A stretch of DNA of 63,522 nucleotides, counting the filler, from Octopus bimaculoides (Eukaryota), in assembly GCF_001194135.2 (NCBI RefSeq). It is 9 parts of 8 records of this genome, joined end to end, with 100 filler letters (N's around TTAATTAATTAA, not from the genome) between each part and the next. Parts side by side here need not be neighbours in the genome. Positions count along the whole stretch, not along the records: positions 31,148 to 41,707 come from NC_068987.1; positions 41,808 to 47,070 come from NC_068990.1; 7 more parts are not named here. One strand, written 5' to 3'. Each line of letters opens with the position of its first letter. Positions within the stretch are counted from its first letter, which is position 1. Positions 34,968 to 47,070 of the stretch are shown here, in pieces. Both the position numbers and the translations under genes were made by a program. The notes beneath the pieces are model-generated. The model worked only from the letters and a program-made list of their open reading frames with translations. It searched no databases and was not told where the DNA came from.

Positions 34968-35493
34968 TAAAATCGTTCAATAATAATTGGAAATAGTAAT
35001 AATAATAATAACAAATGTCGTGGTGATGATGATAATGATAAAAATAAAAATAAATATAATATGCTGCAGCTTCTAATTCTAAAACAACTAGTATTCTGAT
35101 AGCACAGGAATCTGAGGCCCGACAACCACTACTACCACTATCCCCACCCCTACTACTGTTACTGTTGCTGCCACCACTGCTGCTAATACACATAGACTCA
35201 ACAATAAAGGCAGTAATTGACAAAGGCGAAAGAAGACTGAAGAAGAACCTGTTCACCGAAGATTACAAGTGAGCAATGGACTCTCTGGAAAGTCGTTCTG
35301 AATGACAGAACATCGCCGAGGACGGCCAGATAGAATAGTGTAATTTTCTATGTGAACAGTGCTGGAAATTGGTGCCACTCCTGCACTGCATAGGCCTGTG
35401 TAACCTCTGCGTCTATTAATATAACAATGACAAATATTAAAAAAATAAAAAGAATAATATCAGTAATATCAGGGAGGATAATAATAATAATAA

Positions 35494-36750
35494 TGAAAGG
35501 AAGCGGGTGAAGTCTCTCCATGTCCTGATTCATGATACACCTAGTGATGGTATCACAATAAAAACACTGGTAATCGTGCAACCTGATAACCGCTACTTCA
35601 TATAAGTGACAATGAAGAACAAAATATTGTGAATAACGGTAGTAATGAAACTGAAGCCATTTAGGGTGACAGTATTGCACCCGGTAGGCTCAGAGATTCT
35701 GGTCCGGCTCCTGTCTGTCGATATCCAGAAAAGGGACCACCACACACGGCGTAGATGGAGCAAGCAAATTAATGCTGTGGTCATGGAGTGTTACTACCTG
35801 AGCAACCCGGTAGATGAAATTGGTGCTCAAGTTAGGGGTTACCGACAACGTATATATGATCATGGGAGGGAACTCACGGAACAGAGACTATGATCAAGTT
35901 ACATCAATAAGAAAAAAACCGTTGGTTCACAGACATGGAGCTCGAAGCTATCAAAAGACGGCTCATAGAATATAGCAGCATATATAACGATGAAAATAGA
36001 TTTCTTAATAATAAAAGTAATCTCATAGCACAGGAAAGGGGCAGTGGCAGTTTACTTGATGAGAGACAAATAAATGATCCGAAAGAAGACAATAAAGCTA
36101 AAGGCGACATGACAGATGAACAAAAGGCAATCTACGACAGAATAAAGACAAGACTACAGGAGAACGATAGCGACATTATTTACAACCTTACAAAGGTTGA
36201 TCGTTGCAAATTGAACCAAGAAACGAAATATGTCAATAAAATACTGAAATACATCAGAACCAACATCACAGAAACTAATAATTTGATCAAGGCAGCAAGT
36301 ATTGTTGTAGCAGAAAACGTGGGTGTTGATATCAAGAAAAAGAAATATAATGGGAGTGACAAAAGAAAAGATCCATGGTGGAAAAGAAGAATAGAGACGG
36401 GGTTAGATATGCTCTGAAAGGAAATTTCTGTGTTAGACCGAAAAGAGAAATGGGAGCTTAGGAGAGAACAAAAATAGAGGGGGCTGAAAGAAAGGGGCTG
36501 AAAGTGGTAATGGAGGAGGAACCGAAACTGTGCCTCTTTGCAAAGGAAGCAAAGATGGTATGATACGACCAAAGAATAAATTGTTACCACCAGAATAGGT
36601 TATTCAGAGTACATCAGAAGCGATTCTATAAAGCAATAAATGGAGAGTGTACAAATGAAAACTTGATACCAGTGAACAATGAAAGTCAACGGTTTTGGAG
36701 GGACATCTGGAGCAAAGATAAGGAACACAACACGGATGCTGAATGGTTGC
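35494..36750 (+). mobile_element. R4/Dong LINE, 5' region and N-terminal ORF part (degenerate)
   Basis: RRRWSKQINAVVMECYYLSNP...GYRQRI...TEQRL, KVDRCKL...NITETNNLIKAASIVVAE, WWKRRI, ESQRFWRDIWS..EHNTDAEWL. Starts after (AAT)n at about 35478-35493. Confidence 0.85.
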
Positions 36751-36759
36751 ATATATATT

Positions 36760-38800
36760 TTCTATCTGTACACTCTCCGTTTTCTTTGTCCCTTATCGCA
36801 TACCTTGTTGTCAGCTGGTCATGCTATATCTTTGATCCGGCATAGTTTGTTTTCTTTCTCAAATAAGACTATGTCTGGCTTCCTATTCTCTATCTCATTG
36901 TCGCACTGAATCATAAAATCCCACAGGACCTTTGCCATATCATTTTCGATGATGCCTTCGGGTTTGTGGTTTTACCAATTTTTTGCTTTGTCACGTCCAT
37001 ACTTGTTGCAAATTGTCCAATGGACAAGCCTTGCTATATTGTCGGGCGTCTCTTATATTCCTTCTGGGCTAGTGGCGTACATTGGCTGGTAATATGCCAT
37101 ACGGTTTCACCATTTTGTCCAAAAAGTTTTTACGTATCACTTTCTGGTATGTTGTCTATTCTGTATTAGATGTAAATGGTTCTTCATGCTTGCTCTTGGG
37201 CAGTACAGATAAGAGCCTCCGTTTCCAGTTTTATGTCACTTTTAAGTCATCCATAGCCGTCTTTTTCCTTTGTGTGTCTTATCTTCAGCATCCCTATGAA
37301 ATTGTCTATTTATTCGTTTCGTTATCCACCTATTTTCAGTTTCATTCATTTTCAAGTGCTTGTACAGTGCTTTATCTTTGCAGTCTTCCATCCTACTCAA
37401 GCCTGACCTTCTTACCTCTCCAAATAGCAGTTCTTTGGAGCTTTTTACATGCCATGGCATGTTGTTTTATTCTGCTCTAATTCCTTGAAAACATACCTAG
37501 GTTTTGCTTCCCCGAGAATCAATGCTGTTGTAAAAAGCATAGTACAAATTTTATTGGGGACAGACAGTCCCCTTAGGTTGACGCCTCTCCTGATTCCTGT
37601 TGTCCCTAGAATTCTTCCATATGTTCTGAGTTCCGTCCTCCACTTCGCTATACTTTTACCAATCAATCGCTGAACATTCGATGCAATAGCAAATATGTTC
37701 ATACATTCCATAATCCAAGAATATGGGATCATATCGTAAACCTTGACATGGCTAAGTTAGCTTTCCTCCTCTTGTAGTCTCTCAGTAGAGTTTTATCTAC
37801 TAGGAGTTGATCATGTTACTTCTGCGCTTACGCTTGCCTCCCTTCTGTTCATGTGGCAGAATTCCATTTTATTCCAGATGTTGTATATTGACTGTGCAGG
37901 CCACTATTTCAGTCCGTAATTTCCACATAAGTGGCAAGCATGATATCGGCACGTAATTGTCTATCATATTGCCTTTTTTCGATGTTTTTCAAGCACAGCA
38001 TCCCATTGTCAACCACTCTGGTTTCATTTGGTCCGCATTTAACAAGGTGTGGAGTTGTGCTGCTATTTAGGTATAAGATTCACCAAATCTTTTGAGCCAG
38101 TAGCTTTGAATACCATCCGGTCGCGTGGCCTTCCAGTCGCCCTTTTGTTTTGCTAATTTCAATCACTTACCTATCTAGTTCTGCTTGTTTTGGACATACT
38201 ACAGTTTGCTTCACTTCTTACAACCATTCAGCATCCTCCTTCTGCTTCCTCTCTTTGCTCCAAATGTCACTCCAAAACCTTTGACTTTCAATGTTATCGG
38301 TATCAATTTTTGTCTGTACACTCTTTATTAATTCTTTTTTGTAGAATTTCCTCTGATCTACTCTGAATAACCTATTCTGCTGGTATCCTTTCAGTCTTTG
38401 TTCGCATCTTACCACCTTTGCTTTCTTTGCAACAATGCGCTGCATTACCACTTTCCTCCATTGCAACTTTCAGACTCTTTCTGTGAATATCATACTTCCT
38501 GTTCAGTGCCCTGTATTTTTGTTAGATTTTAAGCTCCCTCTTCCATTTTCCGTCTAACACAGAAATGTCCTTTGGGATCATATCTAACCCTGCCAGTATC
38601 CTTCTTTTCCACCATGAATCTTCTTTTCTTTTGTCTCTCCCATTATATTTCTTTTTGTTGACATCAATACCAACATTTTCTGCTACAACAATACTTTCTG
38701 CCTTGATCAATTTATTTGGTTCTGTGACGTTTTGTGTTCCGATGTATATCACAATTTTGTTATTACTATTAAACATTTCAGTATTATACCATAATATATT
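36760..38800 (-). mobile_element. R4/Dong LINE, internally deleted degenerate copy (N-terminal region, RT, RLE)
   Basis: WWKRRI...; ESQRFWSDIWS; [14 protein letters not shown]; YDMIPYSWIMEC; LHGQF; VLWDFMIQCDNEIENRKPDIV. Confidence 0.85.
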
Positions 38801-41507
38801 TGTTACTCGATATTTCAATGCAAGATAATGTGTGCATGATTTCATTTTGTATGTCATTTTGAGTGTGTTTCCGTGTCAAAGTGTGTGTGTTTGTGTATGT
38901 GCGCATCCGTTTGTGCACCGGTGCGTGTGTATATGCGCACGTGTGTTTTGTAGGTATCATAAATAATTTGAAAAAATTTTTGGAGTGGCATATACAGTTT
39001 GCTAATGAATAGCTCACAAATGTCAAGCTTCATAGTAACAAACGAATTTCCAAAGGAAACATCAATGCAATAGCATTTTATAGAGATTGTAATAAGGTCA
39101 ATAATATGCTTTATTCTATATTATCTACTGCTAATACGACACTTTAGTTTCTGTGTGTAAAAAAGCCCACTTGTTTTAAGTCGTTCTCTTCCGCTTGTAA
39201 ACCTTACTGTTTCTCTGAAAAATCTTACACGTCCTACACTAAATACGTAAGAAAAAATTAACCTTCATCAGTATGGGTTACACAACAACGGCAAAAAGAA
39301 CTACAAAGTAGAAAATATATTGCATAAGTCCTTGTATATTGTGAATATAAAGGAATGGTCTCTTATTACACGATAAAAAATGTTGGACAGCATCATATGC
39401 ATACACACTCTCACGCACACACACACACGCACACACACACACACACATACACACACACATATATATATGTATTTATATATATATATANNNNNNNNNNNNN
39501 NNNNNNNNNNNNNNNNNNNNNNNNNNNNNNNNNNNNNNNNNNNNNNNNNNNNNNNNNNNNNNNNNNNNNNNNNNNNNNNNNNNNNNNNNNNNNNNNNNNN
39601 NNNNNNNNNNNNNNNNNNNNNNNNNNNNNNNNNNNNNNNNNNNNNNNNNNNNNNNNNNNNNNNNNNNNNNNNNNNNNNNNNNNNNNNNNNNNNNNNNNNN
39701 NNNNNNNNNNNNNNNNNNNNNNNNNNNNNNNNNNNNNNNNNNNNNNNNNNNNNNTATACATGCTTTCACTCCGCACGTTTTTGATCGGCTATGGTAGAAT
39801 ACACTTGCGCATGGTGCCATACAATTAAACCGAACCAGAAATCATTTAATTGCGAAGCAAACTACTTTCCACAGAACTACTCACGCAACTATAAAAAATA
39901 TAACTGTCTTGATCGTAGCTCTTATTGGTAAGGACATTCCTAGAATTACGTAACAAATTTTAAAATGTCCATTGACTGAAAAGTGATGAAACCGAAAGTC
40001 TGCACTTTCGATGTGAGGGCACATACGCGTTCTAGTTTCAACCACGACATATTGGCATGCATAATGCTTAATATTAAACGCGCAATGCTTGGAATTGTCA
40101 CATGCAAATCAGCTGAGAAGCATATATTTTATGGCAGTAATAAATCAATTTCCGTGAAGCACCTGTAATTATAATAATTACTTTAAATATAATTAAGATG
40201 TCTGATATTATTCATTTTCTATTACAATTATATTCCGTGCAAATCCATTTCAGCAATTCATATTTATTCATCACACTATTAAAATAGCAACGATGATAGA
40301 GGAAAGTAAACGTGATATTTGTAATATCGCATGTCGTGTTTTTTTTGTCTTTTGGCTATATTAAGTGCTAATCATTTCAGAATTTTTAAATTGCTAATTG
40401 CATTACAACAACTTGCTGAATATTTCAACAGTAACAGACACGAGCCCACACATTTATACACAGGCATATATATTCATTCTATCAATATCAATACCGCACT
40501 CTCTATATATATTGATATGTATATATNNNNNNNNNNNNNNNNNNNNNNNNNNNNNNNNNNNNNNNNNNNNNNNNNNNNNNNNNNNNNNNNNNNNNNNNNN
40601 NNNNNNNNNNNNNNNNNNNNNNNNNNNNNNNNNNNNNNNNNNNNNNNNNNNNNNNNNNNNNNNNNNNNNNNNNNNNNNNNNNNNNNNNNNNNNNNNNNNN
40701 NNNNNNNNNNNNNNNNNNNNNNNNNNNNNNNNNNNNNNNNNNNNNNNNNNNNNNNNNNNNNNNNNNNNNNNNNNNNNNNNNNNNNNNNNNNNNNNNNNNN
40801 NNNNNNNNNNNNNNNNNNNNNNNNNNNNNNNNNNNNNNNNNNNNNNNNNNNNNNNNNNNNNNNNNNTATATATATATATATATACATACATACATACATA
40901 CGTACATACATACATACATGTATGTATGTACATATCTCTATGTGCCTGTGATTATCTAAGTATGATGCGTAGTGTAATCAGATAAATTACGTAAAAAAAA
41001 TTAATTCGTTAATTCTATTAAATATTTTATTTTGAACAGTCTTAGGCAATTATTTTTCTCTCTTTTATTCTTTTTTTTTGTCTGTTGTTGTTTTGATTTT
41101 CAATTATATTCCATTTAAGCAATTTACATATTATTTACATTTGATTGTATTAAATCTGAAATCATCTCAGCGATATATGCATGTCGATTCGCATTACGCT
41201 AAAGGTTGATATACGAGTTTACGTTTGACAAGTTATAAATGAACTGTGCATTAACGACGGTTGATCATGTATAGCGATTATGGTAAATACAACAGTTATC
41301 TTAGTACCACGCAGAACGAGACACGCACCTGTATTTTGTTGTTGTTCAAACAATAACTTTCTCTAATCATTTTAGGCTATTACAGTAGTAACATTAGACA
41401 CAATCCTCTTGGTGATTCATTATGTAACAAAGAGCACCAAATATTCTTAGACGCACATACACTTCAAAGATGCGCTTCCCTGCGTAAGTCTATACGTATA
41501 TATCTAT

Positions 41508-41662
41508 AGAGTTGTGTGGTAAGAAGCTTCCTTCTCAATGACATGGTTCGTGGTTCAGTTCTGCTGCATGGCTCGTTGGTCCTGTGTATTCTACTATTGC
41601 TTCAGACCGACCAAAGCTTTTAAGTGGATTTGGTAGATGGAAGCTGAAAGAAGCCCATCGTG

Positions 41663-41665
<3 letters not shown>
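41508..41665 (+). mobile_element. SINE family A head
   Basis: tgtgtggtaagaagc...ggttcagt...gtggatttggtaga.ggaa.ctgaaagaagccc. Confidence 0.75.
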
Positions 41666-41707
<42 letters not shown>

Positions 41708-41809
41708 NNNNNNNNNNNNNNNNNNNNNNNNNNNNNNNNNNNNNNNNNNNNTTAATTAATTAANNNNNNNNNNNNNNNNNNNNNNNNNNNNNNNNNNNNN
41801 NNNNNNNAT

Positions 41810-42356
41810 AAATGCCTTGATGCAGTGCCAAGCACTGTCTCTCATGGCTTCTGATCTTAACTGATTGGAAGTGTTATCATGTACATTGTTTTGTATTGGT
41901 ATAAAAGATGGACTACAGCAAATATTCTGCTCAATACCACAGATTTGCTTGTCAGTTGTTTGACCTTGACCAGTTGCGCATGTCCCTTAGTGGCTGATGA
42001 TATGTGCATCTCTGATCACGAGCAGAAGTAGTTGGGGAGCCATGTTGAGAGGAATTCTTTGGGGTTTGAATAATTTACCTTTGGAAACATGGGTGTTTCG
42101 TTCAACATCCTTAAACAACCCTTAATCAGGACCTTTTGAGCGGGATGGTCTACTCAACCTGAACAAAATTCTAACTGAGCCCCACCTGCAAGGTCATGCG
42201 CTGTTTATCTTGATATGATTTCACCATGTTCAGCCCATATTGGTGTAATGCATGTGCCTTGTGTACACTTATCAGACGGGTAGTCATGATGGGTATACTG
42301 GGCTTCGTATATTCTACCCCAGTGTCACTTTGATGACATGCACTGCTTTCTCACTC
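41810..42356 (+). mobile_element. Unclassified ~550-bp interspersed-repeat-like sequence ending in a long (AAT)n tail
   Basis: GC-richer than its flanks, with no ORF, ending abruptly in (AAT)n at 42357-42465. It is single copy in this window, so repeat status is inferred. Confidence 0.4.
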
Positions 42357-42465
<109 letters not shown>

Positions 42466-42558
42466 GTAAACACATTTGATCTCTGCTGACTGCAATGATG
42501 TGACGCTTCTTTTGTTCCCTGATCGCACAGGAATACGAAGCACAGGAAGTAGTAGGAA

Positions 42559-42622
<64 letters not shown>

Positions 42623-43399
42623 ACTACTACTGCTGCTACTGCTGCCACTGCCACTGCTGCTGCTACTAATCGTGACGCGACAGAAGCTAATTCAGCCAGT
42701 CAACCAGCCATTCTACTATTACTGTTACTGCTGTTGTCACAGCTACTACTACTACTACTACTACAACTACTACTGCTGCTACTGCTGCTGCTGCTGCTGC
42801 TGCTACCACTACTATACATAGATTCAACAATAAAGGCAGCTATTGACAACAGCGATAGAAAGCTGCCCAGACAAAGACAACTACAGCAACAACATCAACA
42901 ACACAGGAAGCAACTACAACCTGCCAGTCAACCCATCCCTCTCGGATACTGTGGTTAAAGAACATAGCCTACCTAGTGACAGAAACAACAACGATAAAAA
43001 CACTTACCATGGCTACAGAAGTAAGTACAAAAGCAGCAATGGACTCTCTGAGAAGTCATTCGGCATGATAGAAAGAGTAGTTACATCTCTTTCAAATCGC
43101 ACCTAATATCACAGAGAAAGGACAGATTAGATAGTGTAATTCTGTGTGTGGCTGTCCATGCGAACAGTGTAGGGAATTGCTGCCACTCCTGCCCTGCGTA
43201 GGCCGGTGCAACTTCTGCGTCTGTGGGAGGCCTGCGGCAAGTTACACAGGGCGAACTTGGCGTGCCAAATCCCTGGCCGGCAATCAAGTTAGTGCTGGTG
43301 TTGTATTTAAGGTAACCCTTTCCATGAACATTTCAAATAAATAAGAGCCTGAAATGGAGAGGCTGGTTCAGACTGTTCAGATGTGCAGCAAGTGTATAG

Positions 43400-44866
43400 G
43401 GATAGAATTCAGTATCTCGAATTGTGTGGTGCTCACTTTGAAACGGGGAAAAGAGTAGATTGCATTGGCATAGAATTGCCAAACGGAGAGAGAATGGAAA
43501 ACCTGGATGATGATGAATACAAGTACCTTGGAATCCTGGAGCTGGGCAATATCTTGCACAGAGAAATGAAAGACAGGGTCATCACTGCATATTTCAAGCG
43601 CCTCAAAACTCAACTCAATGAACCTTGTGACTGCTACCAACATAACGGCTGTTGCTGTAGTCCACTATAGAACACCCGTCCTAAAATGGACACAAGCGGA
43701 GATTAACCAACTTGATCGCACCACCCGAAAGTCAATGGCAATGCATGGTGCCCTCCACCCTAAGGCGAATGTGCACAGGCTCTACATGAAGAGGGTAAGG
43801 GTAGACGTAGGCTGATTAGCGTACGGAAGAGCATCAACAGTGAAAGAAGAAACATGGCAGAATATTTGGTAAACAGCAAACAAGACCTGCTACAGTAAGC
43901 TGCTAATGCAGTAGGATTTAATAAAAATGGACTTGAGAGTGCTCATGAATTCCGACCACGAACAGCCAACAGGAGAGAAGAAACCTTACTCCGCATGGAA
44001 TTACATGGTCAGTTCCACCGTGAAATCGACAGATTAAAAAACCAGGAAGCCTCGTGGAGGTGGCTCAGCAAGGGTGACCTAAACAAGAATACTGAAAGCC
44101 TAATCATCGTTGCCAAGGATCAGGCATTGGATACCAACTCAGTGAAAAGCGATATATACCACACAAGTGCAACGAACCTCTGCAGAATGTGTGGGAAGAT
44201 GGTCGAAAGCGTGACTCACATTGTTAGTGCTTGTGAAAGTCTTGTGCAGAAAGAGTACAAGCGCAGACACGACATGATAACCCAAAACCTTCTCTGGCTA
44301 TTATGCCGGAAGTATGGATATGAGGTAACAGGTGCTTGGTACCAACATACACCAGAAAAGGTAATGGACGAACAGGGGAAGGCAAAAATCCTCCGGGAAT
44401 TTGACTTCCAGACAGACAAGGTGTTAAAGCACCAAAGGCCGGATATAGTAACCATTAGGAGGGATGAACAAGAGTGCCTAATGATCAACGTGGCAGTGCC
44501 GGTAGATCATCATATTAGCATAAAAGAAAGAAAAAAAATTGATAAATATGGAGACCTGAGAAATGAGATCGCTGAGATATAGCAGCTACGAGAGTCAAAC
44601 ATAAAAGTTGTCCCTATTGTCATCGGAACATTAGGTTCAATACCACCCAACCTGAAAAAACGTCTGGAAATTTTAGAAATACCCTACAATCTAGGTGTAT
44701 TGCAAAAATCGGCATTACTTGGAGCTGTACGCAGATTGCGTAAATTACTGTCTGTCTGAAGTCCTTGTGACTTGACAGACAGTACAAACCTCCGTTAGAC
44801 AAAATATCTTCAATAAACACCATCGTGATATTGGATACTGTGCGACGTATAAAATAATAATAATAA
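43400..44866 (+). mobile_element. R4/Dong LINE 3' half (RT thumb, CCHC knuckle, RLE, 3' UTR, AAT tail)
   Basis: EYKYLGILE; LHGQF...WRWLSKGDL..NTESLI...DQALDTN...CRMCGKMVESVTHIVSAC...YKRRHD...RPDIV...VAVP.D...KIDKYGDL; VPIVIGTLG...LQKSALLG. Confidence 0.9.
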
Positions 44867-44867
44867 T

Positions 44868-47070
44868 TAATTCGTTTTATTGGCTACAAGGGCTAATATC
44901 AATTAAAAACATGTAAGGACAAAGACAGGACGAAGATTACAAAAGGTTTTGTCCGAAAAGGTAGGAAAGTTCGTCTAAACAGAGGAAGAAAACGGAGAAA
45001 GATATAACAAATAAATAGATAAATAAATAAATAAATAGAACTCCCAAAGGGGGAGGCGCTAAGAAAAAGGAAAGGTTACACGTGGAAAAACCCATAAAAC
45101 CACTGGAGCCTGGTCAGAAAAAAAAAGGGGGGGTATAGAGCCCTTTCTCCTTTTACATTACCTTTTTTTTTTCTACAGGTGTATTCTCAGAATTGGTCCG
45201 TTTATACTCGCCATTCTTCCAACAGTCACTCATCTTTCAACGAATTTGTTATGAGACAGCACTTCCCTCTCTACTCTCATCTTCCTTTTCAAGTGGAACT
45301 TGAAAAAGTTAATGAGGCCTTGGCCAAAGAGGAAAGTGTCTGACTTTAGCCCTTTCAAACGGGTCCACCATATCACCTCTTTCGCTACAGCCNNNNNNNN
45401 NNNNNNNNNNNNNNNNNNNNNNNNNNNNNNNNNNNNNNNNNNNNNNNNNNNNNNNNNNNNNNNNNNNNNNNNNNNNNNNNNNNNNNNNNNNNNNNNNNNN
45501 NNNNNNNNNNNNNNNNNNNNNNNNNNNNNNNNNNNNNNNNNNNNNNNNNNNNNNNNNNNNNNNNNNNNNNNNNNNNNNNNNNNNNNNNNNNNNNNNNNNN
45601 NNNNNNNNNNNNNNNNNNNNNNNNNNNNNNNNNNNNNNNNNNNNNNNNNNNNNNNNNNNNNNNNNNNNNNNNNNNNNNNNNNNNNNNNNNNNNNNNNNNN
45701 NNNNNNNNNNNNNNNNNNNNNNNNNNNNNNNNNNNNNNNNNNNNNNNNNNNNNNNNNNNNNNNNNNNNNNNNNNNNNNNNNNNNNNNNNNNNNNNNNNNN
45801 NNNNNNNNNNNNNNNNNNNNNNNNNNNNNNNNNNNNNNNNNNNNNNNNNNNNNNNNNNNNNNNNNNNNNNNNNNNNNNNNNNNNNNNNNNNNNNNNNNNN
45901 NNNNNNNNNNNNNNNNNNNNNNNNNNNNNNNNNNNNNNNNNNNNNNNNNNNNNNNNNNNNNNNNNNNNNNNNNNNNNNNNNNNNNNNNNNNNNNNNNNNN
46001 NNNNNNNNNNNNNNNNNNNNNNNNNNNNNNNNNNNNNNNNNNNNNNNNNNNNNNNNNNNNNNNNNNNNNNNNNNNNNNNNNNNNNNNNNNNNNNNNNNNN
46101 NNNNNNNNNNNNNNNNNNNNNNNNNNNNNNNNNNNNNNNNNNNNNNNNNNNNNNNNNNNNNNNNNNNNNNNNNNNNNNNNNNNGCAGTCGTTCTGGTCCA
46201 CCAAAGACCGAATGGTCGCTCTGTTGCCAAGCTTCGCCTCAACCACGCGGGCCCATCGAGCGGCCTTAGTCCCCTCCCCGCTTACCGAAAGTGCTTTAGG
46301 TCGTGACAACGCAGCCTTCATGCTTGGCATCAAAGTATTGGTCGAGGGCCAACTTCGCTGCTAACACGTCGGTTGCGATGCCTGTCCTAAGAGCCTCGTC
46401 TAGTTTGTTAACTAAATCCCGCTCTGTTTTCTTACGTTCTACAGCTAGAGCCTTACTAAACCTAATTGATTCTGCTCTAATTGCACGCTTCAAGTCGAAC
46501 CACCAGTTATTATTGACGATCGTCCCGGTTAAAGCCCTCTTAACTAATAAACCAATCCGGTCTCTGTAGGCTTTGCACGCCGTTATCGACGCGTTTAGCT
46601 TCCAGTAACCGGGACCTTGTCTATGGAGCTTATCTAAGTCGACCGTACAGATCACGAATTTGTGGTCCCTGTAGCCGACTATGTTGAATTGTGGACACCC
46701 TATGCTATCCTTATCCGCTGGCATACAGAAAATTCTATCTAAGTACGATCTAGACGACCCGATGCGATTAGTCCAAGTTCACATTGGCACATTCGGGTCG
46801 TCTAGTCGATACCTGTCGGACACTTGAAAGTGTTTGAGCAGGTTGGCGAGGCTCTTGCATTCCCCTTCCCTATTAGATGCTCCCGCACCCACCCTATCGA
46901 TACGTTCGTCTAGGACAGCGTTCCAGTCCCCAACTAGCACTAAAGTGCGAGAAGTACCCAGGAAAACCTCCAGACGTTTGAAATAATCCGACTGCCCTGC
47001 TCCTGTCGGAGGGTAGGTAGCCAGTAGTCTGAAAGCAGCGCCGTCATTACTATCGACGTCCAGGACCACC
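44868..47070 (-). mobile_element. Tx1-clade LINE ORF2 (APE endonuclease and C-terminal end, RT hidden in gap) with 3' UTR
   Basis: FRLLATYPP...LVLVGDWNAVLDERIDR...YLDRIL...DHKFV...GPGYWKLNAS. C-terminus ...FHLKRKMRVERE...INGPILRIHL* with stop at 45173-45175. Minus-strand AATAAA at 44877-44882. Confidence 0.9.
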
